This document shows positions 1 through 9,343 of a stretch of 64,000 nucleotides of DNA, one piece after another. Positions within the stretch are counted from its first letter, which is position 1. The number at the start of each line of letters is the position of its first letter. The position numbers and the translations under genes are program-made. Source of the stretch: a bacterium (lineage in GTDB: Bacteria; JAAXHH01); NCBI GenBank assembly GCA_963693015.1, contig OY843748.1:1024395-1088394 (forward strand), given 5' to 3'. The notes under the pieces are model-generated. The model was not told where the DNA came from. It ran no database searches and saw nothing but the letters and a program-made list of their open reading frames with translations.

Positions 1-551
1 CCCAGCACGTTCCGTTCGGCCTTCGTGCTGTTCTCGAAGGGGATCTGTCCGTGAAGGTGGGAACCGGGGATGACCGTCATGGGCCCGTTTTCCTCGTCCA
101 CGTCGTCGATGGCCAGCCAGATCGTCACGACCTTGCTCGGGGTCAGGGGCCAGTAGGACGCGTCCTGGTGCCAGCTCACCCGCTGCACATCGCCCGGCAT
201 CTTGCAGAAGTAGTGGGTCATCTCGCAGATCAGCGTCTCGCCGACCAGGTCTTCCGCGTAGTCCAGTATCCGCTTGTTCATGGCCAGGTTGTAGATACCC
301 TCGCAGTGCCGCTGCCAGCCGTTGATGGAGTAGCTGTTGTACCCTTCCTTTTCGGCGCGGGCCATCAGGTCTTCGAAATACAGGCGGTTCTCCTCGGCCT
401 CCCGCGGAGTAAAAACGTCCAGGGGGCAGAGATATCCGTTTGCGTTGAAAAAGTCGACCTGTTCGCGCGAAAGTGTCCTGGTATTGTCGGTTCTTGCCGG
501 GAAAAAACGCAGTTCCCGCTTCATTTCGGGCAGGGCGTCGGTGATGGGCAT
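1..551 (-). CDS. Phytanoyl-CoA dioxygenase (PhyH) family Fe(II)/2OG oxygenase; C-terminus runs off the window edge
   Basis: My reverse-complement translation from the ATG at 551 reads MPITDALPEMKRELRFF...VTIWLAIDDVDEENGPMTVIPGSHLHG, matching the PhyH motif seen in the other paralogs here (AWIALDDVDEENG...SGSHK). It is absent from the ORF track because no stop codon lies inside the window. The plus-strand ORF 51..587 is its antisense shadow. Confidence 0.7.
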   Translation of the reverse strand, partial: MPITDALPEMKRELRFFPARTDNTRTLSREQVDFFNANGYLCPLDVFTPREAEENRLYFEDLMARAEKEGYNSYSINGWQRHCEGIYNLAMNKRILDYAEDLVGETLICEMTHYFCKMPGDVQRVSWHQDASYWPLTPSKVVTIWLAIDDVDEENGPMTVIPGSHLHGQIPFENSTKAERNVL

Positions 552-679
552 ATTCAGTCCCCGTTTGGAAGTAAGTATATCGGATAGCAGATGGGTATAC
601 CGGTCAGAAGAATCTCCGCAGGCAATATACCGGCACAAATCGCTTGAGACAACCCCTGGATTCGGTTAAATAACCCTGT

Positions 680-1534
680 ATGGACGATACCACGAACAGG
701 GCACTCCTTTCGCTCGACCTCGCTCCGGGCGCGTCGCTTGACGACGTGAAGAAATCGTACCGGGAGCTGGCGCTGATCTGGCATCCGGACAAGGTGCCCG
801 ACCGGGTGAAAGATCGGGCCACGGCGAAGTTCACGGAGATCAACGAGGCCTACCAGTGGCTCGTCCGGCACCCGGATAGCCTGCGGACGGCATCGTCTTC
901 CAGGTCATCATCCCAACGGAAACCGCCGCCTGGTTATCGCACTAGCTCGCGGACTTCCCATACCCAGTCGCAGCGTACCCGGACGGAGCATGCCCGGAGC
1001 GGCACCACCGGTCGAAGGGGCTCCGGCGCTTCTGGTCGAAGGGGCTCCGGCGCTTCCAGCCGAACGGGCTCCGGCACCTCCGGTCGAACGGGATCCGGAT
1101 CGTCAGCCGACCCAGCCGTTCAGCGTATTCATCGCGCAGCCCGAGGAACCTGGACAGACGTCCGCTCGGGACTGTACATCTACCCCGATATCGACGCCGA
1201 CCGGGCGACGAACTTCATCGTATCGCTGCATAGCAATCCAGGCTTCAGTGGCGTGGCCGTAACCGTGAACGACCTGCTGGTATTCTACGATATCGATGGT
1301 TCGGGCGAAGAAGGCGTGGCCATCACCCGGTCGAACCATCTGGTCAACAACAACACCGGGACACTATTCGACATCGGCGACTTGGTGGAAGTCCGGCTGA
1401 AAGAAGGTTTCTTTGTCCCCTGGGGCGAGATCAAGGTACGCAGAAAGGGACGCCGGGGGTTTGAATCCGCGGGTTACGCGGAGAAGGCGCCCGGACGGGC
1501 GCTCGCGAGCATCCTTAAGAACCTGGTCGCCTGA
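680..1534 (+). CDS. J-domain (DnaJ-like) protein with an RG/RS-rich low-complexity linker and a C-terminal domain of unknown function
   Basis: The N-terminus DVKKSYRELALIWHPDKVPD...EINEAYQWL is a canonical J domain with the HPD motif. The middle region is (GRRGSGAS)n low complexity. Confidence 0.8.
   Translation: MDDTTNRALLSLDLAPGASLDDVKKSYRELALIWHPDKVPDRVKDRATAKFTEINEAYQWLVRHPDSLRTASSSRSSSQRKPPPGYRTSSRTSHTQSQRTRTEHARSGTTGRRGSGASGRRGSGASSRTGSGTSGRTGSGSSADPAVQRIHRAARGTWTDVRSGLYIYPDIDADRATNFIVSLHSNPGFSGVAVTVNDLLVFYDIDGSGEEGVAITRSNHLVNNNTGTLFDIGDLVEVRLKEGFFVPWGEIKVRRKGRRGFESAGYAEKAPGRALASILKNLVA
1010..1105 (+). repeat. Coding tandem repeat of a 24-nt unit, 4 copies (ggtcgaaggggctccggcgcttct and variants), encoding GRRGSGAS repeats
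   Basis: Direct reading of 1010-1105 shows four consecutive 24-nt units with a few substitutions, in frame inside the J-domain protein gene. Confidence 0.7.
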
Positions 1535-1573
1535 TCAAGCCAAGTTTGAAAGCAGTGGTTACAGTATACGACC

Positions 1574-2257
1574 TCACACCGGCCACTGCTCCTTCCGGTA
1601 CCCCATGTCCCAGAACATCCACTCGTACCGGCTGGCCGTGACGTAGTGGTTCAGCATGGCTTCTCGGTCCTCCTTAGGAAGCCCCACGGAGACGCGGTTC
1701 GTGATTTCGAGGACGGCCACTACGCATTCGGCAAACTGCTCGCCGGCATAGGTGTCGATCCACTGCTGGTACATGGGATCGGGCGATCCCCGCTCGGCCA
1801 GCGCCTTGCCCACCTCCCAGTAGATCCAGTAGCACGGCAGCACGACGGCCACGACTTCGTGGTAGGGACGGCCGTAGGCCACCGACAGCAGGTAGCTCGT
1901 GTACGCCTGGCACGCGGGCGCCTTGGGGGTCGCCCAGACCTGGTCCGCCGACAGGCCGAAGACGTCGAAGAAGTGCTCCTGCATGGCCCGCTCTTCCACG
2001 AGACAACCTTTGGCGTGCTCGTTGAAGAGGATGATGCTGTCTTCGTCCGGCGCCTTGGCGGCGGCGAGGCTCAGGGCCCGGGCGTAGTCCTTGAGATACA
2101 GCGCGTCCTGGACGGTGTAGAACTCGAAGGCCGAGCGGTCGAGGTCGCCGGAAGTGAGTCCCTTGATGAAGGGATGGGCGAGGATCGCGTCGTAGATCGT
2201 AGCCGTCTCCGACCACATGAGATCGGTGATGGCGCCTGTCGCCGATGCGTTCGTCAT
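1574..2257 (-). CDS. tenA: TenA/thiaminase II family aminopyrimidine aminohydrolase
   Basis: 227 aa. FYTVQDALYL...CYWIYWEVG and the overall length are typical of the TenA/THI-4 family. Confidence 0.8.
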   Translation of the reverse strand: MTNASATGAITDLMWSETATIYDAILAHPFIKGLTSGDLDRSAFEFYTVQDALYLKDYARALSLAAAKAPDEDSIILFNEHAKGCLVEERAMQEHFFDVFGLSADQVWATPKAPACQAYTSYLLSVAYGRPYHEVVAVVLPCYWIYWEVGKALAERGSPDPMYQQWIDTYAGEQFAECVVAVLEITNRVSVGLPKEDREAMLNHYVTASRYEWMFWDMGYRKEQWPV

Positions 2258-2522
2258 CTGAACACTCCCTGATTACTCGCCTCACGGCTGAACAGTCGCA
2301 ACCTGATGGATCATATTCTGTGATATGATCTTACGATCGGTCTAAAATACATGTTTAAAGTATGTAATCAAACTGAAAGCGGGTTCATTGCATTCCCGTG
2401 TGTCCGGCGGATAAACGCTTACCGGGTCGGGAGAAATCTTGAGGTGGCATCGAAAACATATTGAAAATCGCATAAAAATATTGCATATATAAAAACGCAA
2501 GATTCCTCATTCGCGGGAGGGT
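2258..2522 (+). promoter_or_regulatory. AT-rich intergenic region upstream of the XRE-ImmA gene; candidate promoter or operator with repeated ATATTG-containing elements
   Basis: GC is sharply lower than in flanking DNA. It contains catattgaaaatcgcataaaaatattgcatatataaaaa immediately upstream of the GGGAGGG ribosome-binding site and ATG. No promoter spacing could be verified. Confidence 0.3.
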
Positions 2523-3632
2523 ATGATGACGACAGGGCTTATCGGCAGGCGGATCAAGGCGTTGCGAGAGGAACGCGGGCTCTCGCAAGAGCGTGTAGCG
2601 GAGATCTTCGGCTTCAGGGACCGGCAGACGGTATCGGCTATCGAGACGGGCGCCAGACGCGTGACGGCGGAGGAACTGCTGCTCGCTGTCGAAAGACTGG
2701 ACGCTCCGCTCGAGTACTTTACCGACCCGTTCCTGCTGGCGGGCGAAGGACGCTTCTCCTGGCGCCAGACCGGCGTCGACGTTGAACGGCTCGAAGCCTG
2801 TGAACAACGCGCCGGACGCTGGATCGGCGCGTTCCGCACCCTGGCGCCACGGGTCGGATACGAAACCCCGCTGATGCGGCGGGCGCTCGGACTCACCCGC
2901 CGTGCGCGTTTCGAGGACGCCATGGCGGCCGGCGAGCGGTTTGTCACCGAATTCGATCTCGGCGAAGTCCCCGCCGTGCATCTCGCGGACGTCATGGAAC
3001 GCGAGCTCGGCATCCTGGTGCTCATGATGGACGCCGAGCGCGGCATCTCGGGCGCGGCCTGCCGCCTGCCCGAACTCGACGCGGTGCTGATCGCGCGACG
3101 TGAAGTCATCGGACGCCGTCACTTCGATCTCGCCCATGAACTGTTTCACATCCTGACCTGGGATGCGATGCCGCCCAGGCACTCCGAAGAAGTGATGGAG
3201 ACCGGAGGCAACCGCGCCGAGCAACTCACCAACAACTTCGCGGCGGCGGTTCTGATGCCGGCCGCCACCCTGGCGAGGTTTGGAAGCTGGTCGGACCTCG
3301 CCGAAGATAAGTTGATCCGGAGGCTGCACGCGGTGGCGAACAAGTTGCGCGTGACGGCCTCGGCGCTAAGATGGCGGCTGGTCGCGCTCGGCAAATTGAA
3401 ACCTGCGACTGCGCGTTCCCTGCCGGATGCGGCATTGCGCAACAACAGACCAGACATCGCTGAGAACATCCCGCCCGCCCTGTTCTCTAAACCCTTCATG
3501 GAGGTGCTCGGACTTGCGATCGGGAGAGGCTGCGTCTCGGTGCGAAATGTTGCCGGTTTGCTCGACCTGAGCATCGAGGATCTCGTAGATCTCTTCGCAG
3601 CACATGGCGTCCAGTGTGCAATCGACCTGTGA
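2523..3632 (+). CDS. XRE-family HTH regulator fused to an ImmA/IrrE (COG2856, DUF955) zinc metallopeptidase domain
   Basis: The N-terminus IKALREERGLSQERVAEIFGFRDRQTVSAIETG is an XRE HTH. A HEXXH motif sits in DLAHELFHILTWDA. The GGGAGGG ribosome-binding site precedes the start; the ATG at 2526 may be the true start. Confidence 0.8.
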   Translation: MMTTGLIGRRIKALREERGLSQERVAEIFGFRDRQTVSAIETGARRVTAEELLLAVERLDAPLEYFTDPFLLAGEGRFSWRQTGVDVERLEACEQRAGRWIGAFRTLAPRVGYETPLMRRALGLTRRARFEDAMAAGERFVTEFDLGEVPAVHLADVMERELGILVLMMDAERGISGAACRLPELDAVLIARREVIGRRHFDLAHELFHILTWDAMPPRHSEEVMETGGNRAEQLTNNFAAAVLMPAATLARFGSWSDLAEDKLIRRLHAVANKLRVTASALRWRLVALGKLKPATARSLPDAALRNNRPDIAENIPPALFSKPFMEVLGLAIGRGCVSVRNVAGLLDLSIEDLVDLFAAHGVQCAIDL

Positions 3633-3638
3633 GGCGTC

Positions 3639-4145
3639 ATGGCTCGGCATCAGGGTGTAGTGCTGGTCGATACGAACGTCATACTGGAAGCCCACCGGAC
3701 TGGCTCGTGGCGGGCGTTGGCCGGTGGCTACCTTGTGGAAACTGTCCAGGACTGCGTCGATGAAACGCAGACGGGATTCCAACTTCGCCAGACGGAGTTG
3801 CGTATCGACGCAGGCGAATTGCGAGATTCCCTTAATGCGGTCCGTCCGGTTGGAAACCGCGAACGCGCAGGATTGGCTGTTCGTATCACCGATATCATGC
3901 TGGACAGGGGAGAGGCGTCGCTTTGGGCGCATGCACTGAGCAGGACCGATGCATGGGTCTTATGCGGACCGGACAAGGCAAGTCTTCGTTGCGGCGTCCG
4001 GCTAGGGTTCCGGGAGCAGTTGGTGTCACTCGAGGAACTCCTCGATGATGCAGGATACCGGTCAAGAACCACCCTGCGTTCCGCGTACACGAGGCGTTGG
4101 CATAAGCGTGTGCTCGGCGAGATACTTCTCCTGGAGAGGGAATAA
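3639..4145 (+). CDS. PIN-like (DUF4411-like) putative toxin partner of the XRE-ImmA protein
   Basis: 168 aa. The N-terminal strand VVLVDTNVILEAH resembles a PIN/DUF4411 start, with conserved acidic residues later (TDIML, CGPDKAS). The gene begins 6 nt after the stop of the upstream gene. The domain call rests on pattern similarity only. Confidence 0.5.
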   Translation: MARHQGVVLVDTNVILEAHRTGSWRALAGGYLVETVQDCVDETQTGFQLRQTELRIDAGELRDSLNAVRPVGNRERAGLAVRITDIMLDRGEASLWAHALSRTDAWVLCGPDKASLRCGVRLGFREQLVSLEELLDDAGYRSRTTLRSAYTRRWHKRVLGEILLLERE

Positions 4146-4147
4146 AC

Positions 4148-4921
4148 TCATCCCACCCGGTCCACGGCGCGGACGTGCTCCGCGTAGTCGGCGCTCCGGA
4201 AGTAGGCGCTATCCAGATTGTCCGTCTCCGTGGTCACTTTGGCGGTGGCCCAGTGCGTCGCGTAGCCGCGCCGCCAGCGGTCCGACGTATTGCGGCGCGA
4301 GGAGTGGAGGGTTTCCGAGTGGTGCAGCACCACGCCGCCCTTGCGCACCGGCGCCGCGGTCTCGTTCTCCCAGTCGATCAGATCGTCCGGCGGCGCCAGG
4401 TTGTAGGGCTGACCAAGGACCTCCACGTGATCGATGATCCCCTTCTTGTGCGAACCGGAGATGTACCGCAGGCAGCCGTTCTCCTCGTCCACGTCGTCAA
4501 GGGCGATCCAGGCCGTGATCACGTGGCCGCCCGGCGTGCACCTGAAATAGAAGTTGTCCTGGTGGTAAGGTTTCTCGGAGCCGAACCGCGGCGGTTTCAT
4601 GAAGAGCTGATCGCTCTTGAGCAGGGGTTCTTCACCGGTAATCCGCCGGAGCATATCACGAAGCCGGCCGTCCAGGGCGAAATTGCGGAACATCGGGTGG
4701 CGAAGATAGGGGCTGTCGATCTTCCGGGGCGCGGTCTCACCGGCCTCAGATCGGTCCAGCAGATAGCCCGCCATGGAGTCTTCCACGTCGATGGCATCCG
4801 CCGTTTCCAGGGCAAGTCGGGCGACCTCGTCGGCTTCTTCCGGCGCGAACACCCCTTCGACCACGAGCCAACCGTTCCGGTGGAATGTACGGACCTGTTC
4901 TTCACTGATCATTTCGCTCAT
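4148..4921 (-). CDS. Phytanoyl-CoA dioxygenase (PhyH) family oxygenase
   Basis: 257 aa. EEQVRTFHRNGWLVVEGVF...AWIALDDVDEENGCLRYISGSHKKG carries the His-x-Asp...His facial triad context. A GGATGG ribosome-binding site is present. Confidence 0.85.
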   Translation of the reverse strand: MSEMISEEQVRTFHRNGWLVVEGVFAPEEADEVARLALETADAIDVEDSMAGYLLDRSEAGETAPRKIDSPYLRHPMFRNFALDGRLRDMLRRITGEEPLLKSDQLFMKPPRFGSEKPYHQDNFYFRCTPGGHVITAWIALDDVDEENGCLRYISGSHKKGIIDHVEVLGQPYNLAPPDDLIDWENETAAPVRKGGVVLHHSETLHSSRRNTSDRWRRGYATHWATAKVTTETDNLDSAYFRSADYAEHVRAVDRVG

Positions 4922-5031
4922 CCATCCTGGAATTGCTGGTTATCCCTGGTTCCGTCTTGGTCTTCGCTGATCATCCCAACGTCCGTCCTGGTCACCGCCG
5001 GTCACCCAACATCCGTCCCGTTCTTTGCCGG

Positions 5032-5805
5032 TCATCCCGCATTTTCATTCCGCAGGGTATCCAGGTGCTCCTTCAGCACCTGCATGCCGTACCCCATGGG
5101 CGTGCCGACGTTGATATATCGGTAGCCCCAGTCGATTTTTTCCTGGATCTCCTCCATGCCGGCCAGCGTCGTGCCGGCCATGATCCCCGTGCCCTTCAGG
5201 CGCTTCGGAACATCACGCATGATCGCCTGCACTTCCTTCGAGTCCGTCTGGGTAATCACGCCCAGGGTGGCGGACAGGTCCGTGGGACCGACGAAGAGCA
5301 CGTCGATGCCTTCGACCTGCATGATCTCGTCGAGGTTCTCGTAGGCTTCCAGGCTCTCGATCTGGAGCACGAGGACGGTCTCGTCATTGGCGGTCCTGAC
5401 CACGTGGTTGAAATCGAGGCCCGCCATCATGGCCCAGTAAGGCGAGATGCCCCGGTTTCCTTCCGGCGCGTACCGGGCGTACCGTACGGCGCGCTCCGCC
5501 TCTTCGGCGGTGTTGACCTGGGGAATCATGACGGCCACGGAACCGATATCGTAGGCCTTCTTGACGAGGGCGGGATCGTTCCAGGCGATGCGGATCATGG
5601 GCGCCACGTCGTTCCGGCGCGCGATCACCGGGACCATGTCCAGCCCCTCGATCCATATGGAGGAATGTTCCGCATCGATCCAGAGAAAATCGATGTCTGA
5701 ATTGCACACCTGGGATGCCATGAACGAGGTGGGGGCGGGCAGCACCGTGCCCAGCAGCAGTTCGCAGTCGCGTATGCGCTGTTTCAGCGGATTGGGATAT
5801 TTCAT
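5032..5805 (-). CDS. HpcH/HpaI family aldolase (2-keto-3-deoxy-sugar acid / 2,4-dihydroxyhept-2-enedioate aldolase-like)
   Basis: 257 aa with the overall pattern of class II HpcH/HpaI aldolases (IDAEHSS..., VMIPQVNTAEEAERAVRYARYAPEGNRG). Its start abuts the stop of the upstream aminotransferase, suggesting an operon. Confidence 0.8.
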   Translation of the reverse strand: MKYPNPLKQRIRDCELLLGTVLPAPTSFMASQVCNSDIDFLWIDAEHSSIWIEGLDMVPVIARRNDVAPMIRIAWNDPALVKKAYDIGSVAVMIPQVNTAEEAERAVRYARYAPEGNRGISPYWAMMAGLDFNHVVRTANDETVLVLQIESLEAYENLDEIMQVEGIDVLFVGPTDLSATLGVITQTDSKEVQAIMRDVPKRLKGTGIMAGTTLAGMEEIQEKIDWGYRYINVGTPMGYGMQVLKEHLDTLRNENAG

Positions 5806-6966
5806 CTACAGTGCGCTCCGTTCCCGCTTGAAGGCGGAGATGAAGGCCTCGTTCTCGCGGGGCAGGCCGACGGAAATGCGCATGAAGCCTTCCATGTCGA
5901 AGGCCTGCCGGACATAGACCTTCTTCTCCCAGAGGCGGTCGATCAGCGTATTCACGTTGGGGCCGACCTCGACCGTGACGAAGATCGTCTGCGTGCGTAT
6001 GGGGCTGTACCCCATGGCTTCCAGTTCTTCGTAGAGGTACGCCTTCCCCTGGCGGGTGATCTCCACGGTGCGGCGCACGTGCTCCTGGTCGCCCAGCGCC
6101 GCCAGCGCCGCCACGGTCGACAGCGTGTTCTTGTTGAGCAGGCCGATGCTGAACCGCTGCATGCGTTCAAGGAGCGCGGGATGGGCGACGCCGTAACCGA
6201 CGCGCATGCCGCCGAGTCCGTAGGCCTTCGAGAAGGTCCTGGATATCAGCAGGTTCTCGACTTCCTTCGTCAGGGGAATCATGGACGGATAACCGGGATC
6301 GTCGACAAACTGGATGTACGCTTCGTCGACGCAGACGATGACGTCCTTCGGCATCGCCCGGATCGTCCGTTCCAGCGCGGCGGCGTCGAGGATCTGGCCG
6401 GTGGGGTTATTGGGATTGCAGATGCTGACGATCCGCGTGTTCTCGTCCACGGCCGCCGCCATGGCATCGAGATCCATCTGCCAGTCCCCGGTCAGCGGCA
6501 CCTTCTTGACGGCCTGTCCGAGCTCCTCGGCGGTCCTCGGGATGGACCGGTAGGATGGAAAAGCGGTGACCGCGTTTCCCGGCCGGTCCCAGAAAGCGGC
6601 GAGCGTCGCCGTCAACAGGATTTCCGATGACCCGACGCCCGTGAAGACCGTTTCTGGATCGACGCCGTGATGGGCCCCGAGGGCTTCCTCCAACTCGAAA
6701 TGCATGGTATAGCGGTTCATGCCGAACATCTTGCTTGCCACGGCCTCGACGGCCCGGTGCGAAGCCCCCAGCGGGTTTTCGTTGATACTCAGCTGCACCA
6801 GCAGCGGATCGTCGAGTCCGACGCCGTTCACCGGCATCGTCCCGGACCCGTTGACCATCTGGGCCGCCGCTTCCCAGACCGGCGTGCCCATCAGCGTCAC
6901 GCCTGCGCCGCCCAGCACGGTGCTGCGCAGAAAACTGCGCCGGTTCATGTCTTGTGCTTCAGCCAT
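5806..6966 (-). CDS. Class I/II PLP aminotransferase (histidinol-phosphate aminotransferase-like) with a Tat signal peptide
   Basis: The preferred start MAEAQDMNRRSFLRSTVLGGAGVTLMG at 6966 has GGAGG 5 nt upstream and gives a twin-arginine signal. The body LSINENPLG...VDEAYIQF...SRTFSKAYGLGGMRVGY is typical of class I/II aminotransferases. The ORF track extends to 7086, but that N-terminus has no ribosome-binding site. Confidence 0.8.
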   Translation of the reverse strand: MAEAQDMNRRSFLRSTVLGGAGVTLMGTPVWEAAAQMVNGSGTMPVNGVGLDDPLLVQLSINENPLGASHRAVEAVASKMFGMNRYTMHFELEEALGAHHGVDPETVFTGVGSSEILLTATLAAFWDRPGNAVTAFPSYRSIPRTAEELGQAVKKVPLTGDWQMDLDAMAAAVDENTRIVSICNPNNPTGQILDAAALERTIRAMPKDVIVCVDEAYIQFVDDPGYPSMIPLTKEVENLLISRTFSKAYGLGGMRVGYGVAHPALLERMQRFSIGLLNKNTLSTVAALAALGDQEHVRRTVEITRQGKAYLYEELEAMGYSPIRTQTIFVTVEVGPNVNTLIDRLWEKKVYVRQAFDMEGFMRISVGLPRENEAFISAFKRERSAL

Positions 6967-7244
6967 GACTGCCTCCGTATTCGATGGCGATCGGAAAGGA
7001 TATAATCTGGAAAGAAATGTGCGTTCGAAGCAGCGGAAAGTCAAAGTTTCTTTTGGTCTTGAAAAGGACGCTCGATATGGGTACACTGAACGGGTCCCGC
7101 ACGAAAACGAGCCGCGGATTCCGGCTATACGCGGGAGTGGTTAAGCACTCGCTGCGTCCGCCGTTTCCGGTTACACGCGGCCGAGGTCGACGCCGCATTC
7201 GCCGCAACGCCGCGTATCTACCCCTGCAATCACCAGGAGCGACC

Positions 7245-8255
7245 ATGTCCAAGATTGAATACCAGGATTTCGACCGGGGCATATGGGACGAGGAACTGGC
7301 CGATTACGTGCCGGAAACCGTCTACGACATGCACGTACACATGTGGTCGGAGCGGCATCGGGGAAAGCTTCCCCCGGACCCCACGGGGCTCCGGCTGGAG
7401 ATCGATTACCAGGACCACCTCGCCTGGGCGGAGAAGCTGTATCCGGGCCGCAAGATGCACTACCTGGTCCTCGGCACGCCGATCCCGGGGGGGATCGACA
7501 CCGAAGGGCACAACGACTGGATGGCCGAGGAGATGAAACAGGACCCCGAATCGGGGATCAACATGATGGTCACGCCCGACATGAGCCCCGACTACGTGGC
7601 CGCCCAGGTAAAAAGGCATGGCTTCCTGGGCCTGAAGCCGTACCGGACCTTCGCCCCGGATCCCACCCACTGCCGCATCCGGGACTTCCTGCCCGAATCC
7701 TTCATCGAGGTGGCCCACGACCTCGGACTGGCCATCACCATGCACATGTCCAAGCCCGAAGGCCCGGCGGATGCCGACAACCAGCGGGACCTGGCCTACT
7801 ACACGAAGCGGTATCCCCGCGCCCAGTGGATCCTCGCCCACTGCGCCCGGGCCTTCAACGCCTTCATGATGGAGCGGGCCATCCATTTCCTCACGGACCT
7901 GCCCAACATCTGGTACGACACCTCGGCGGTGAACGACCTTTATTCCCAATACCTGCTGATGAAGCACGAAGACCGCTCGCGCGTCATGTTCGGCTCGGAC
8001 AACGTGGTGGCGGGGTGCGCCCGGGGCAAGTACGTCACCTACGGGCGGGCGTGGACTTACTACGAGGGTACGACGGAAACGACGCCCCACTGCGATTCGC
8101 GGGCGACCCTGGTCATCTACGAGCAGCTGCGGCAGGAGAAACAGGTGGCGGACATGCTGGGCCTCACGTCGCAGGAGATCGAGGACCACTTCTCAGGCAA
8201 CGCCCGGCGGTTCCTGCGGGAAGTCCGCGGCCGGCAGGACTGGCGGACAGGATAG
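7245..8255 (+). CDS. Amidohydrolase-2 family metal-dependent hydrolase (TIM barrel; ACMSD-like)
   Basis: The start MSKIEYQ at 7245 follows AGGAGC. VYDMHVHMW, HCARAF and WYDTSA are consistent with PF04909-type amidohydrolases. The longer ORF beginning at 6984 overlaps the divergent upstream gene and is rejected. Confidence 0.75.
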   Translation: MSKIEYQDFDRGIWDEELADYVPETVYDMHVHMWSERHRGKLPPDPTGLRLEIDYQDHLAWAEKLYPGRKMHYLVLGTPIPGGIDTEGHNDWMAEEMKQDPESGINMMVTPDMSPDYVAAQVKRHGFLGLKPYRTFAPDPTHCRIRDFLPESFIEVAHDLGLAITMHMSKPEGPADADNQRDLAYYTKRYPRAQWILAHCARAFNAFMMERAIHFLTDLPNIWYDTSAVNDLYSQYLLMKHEDRSRVMFGSDNVVAGCARGKYVTYGRAWTYYEGTTETTPHCDSRATLVIYEQLRQEKQVADMLGLTSQEIEDHFSGNARRFLREVRGRQDWRTG

Positions 8256-8318
8256 GCCAGCGCACGTCTCATCGACTGATTCAGGATCCGGCGCAGCGGC
8301 ATCCCGGAGCGTGGCCTC

Positions 8319-9170
8319 CTATCCCCGCGACGGCTCCGCCATGCGCGCCCTGGCCTTGCGGACCTCTGCCACCAGGTGATCCTGGTGGGCCAGGGGCTGC
8401 TCCAGGTGCTTCATGCGCGCCGGACCGGCCGTCTCCAGCATGGCCTCGCCGTAGACGCTGTCGAGCCAGAACCGGGCGCCCGCGGCGATCTCGTTCTTCA
8501 GGAGTTGCATGTCCTTGTCGGCGAAACGGGCCGTGCAGTTGATCGTGAACATCCTGCGCCGGTCGCTCCCGCCCCAGGCGCTGTGCTTGGTGTTCTGGTT
8601 GAACACGACGACGTCGCCGGGCTGCGTCTCCAGCGCCACGGCGGGCACCTCCGAGCCGTCGATGCCCCAGTTTTCCCCCGATTTCCTGATCTGGGTTTCA
8701 AGCGATTCCGCATAGGCGTCGCCGTACCGGTGACTGCCCGGGATCACCCGCAACGCGCCGGTCTCCCGCGTCAGGGGGTCCAGATAGAAGGCCATCTTGA
8801 AGAAGATGCGGGGCGGCTTGCCGCGCATCTTGCCCGACCAGTCCGTATCGGAATGCCAGTTGGTATCGCTGACGTAGAAGTTGCCGTCGCTGCCCAGGTA
8901 CACGAAATCGTCGCCCAGCAGGCTGCTGAAGATGCCGTTGACGCGGGGATCGTCGATGAGCGAGGAAAGCACGGGATGCTGATCGATGAAGGGCACGATG
9001 CAGGACCGCGCCGTCCCGTCGTGGGGCTTGCCGTCGTGCCCGCCGCCGCGCTCTGTCCACACGGTCTCGAAGGCTTCGATGATCTCGTCTACCCGGTCCT
9101 TCAACAACCCGGGGAAACCGAGGAAGCCGAAGGTATCCATGAACGCCAGTTGTTCTTTCGTCAGTCGCAT
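8319..9170 (-). CDS. Phytanoyl-CoA dioxygenase (PhyH) family oxygenase
   Basis: Start MRLTKEQLAFMDTFGFLGFPGLL...; WHSDTDW and PGDVVVFNQNTKHSAWG are PhyH-like motifs. The upstream 43 codons of the track ORF have poor coding character. Confidence 0.8.
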   Translation of the reverse strand: MRLTKEQLAFMDTFGFLGFPGLLKDRVDEIIEAFETVWTERGGGHDGKPHDGTARSCIVPFIDQHPVLSSLIDDPRVNGIFSSLLGDDFVYLGSDGNFYVSDTNWHSDTDWSGKMRGKPPRIFFKMAFYLDPLTRETGALRVIPGSHRYGDAYAESLETQIRKSGENWGIDGSEVPAVALETQPGDVVVFNQNTKHSAWGGSDRRRMFTINCTARFADKDMQLLKNEIAAGARFWLDSVYGEAMLETAGPARMKHLEQPLAHQDHLVAEVRKARARMAEPSRG

Positions 9171-9343
9171 GGGCTGTTCTCCGCGATGGGTCCAGTGGTC
9201 GCAGTACCGCTCCTGTTTTAGGCTTGTTTGGGACCGATGGAACGAATACAATCCAGAATATAATGCGCTGCTACCGCGGCGTGACAAAAAACACACCATA
9301 AAGTCGCAATAAAATCGTTTGTCCCGCAGGAAGGAGCATCCCG

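Noticed and set aside
51-587. Plus-strand ORF at the window start (MKVGTGDDRHGPVFLVHVVDG...)
   Set aside because: It is the antisense shadow of the truncated minus-strand PhyH gene (1..551), whose translation shows the PhyH DDVDEENG motif.
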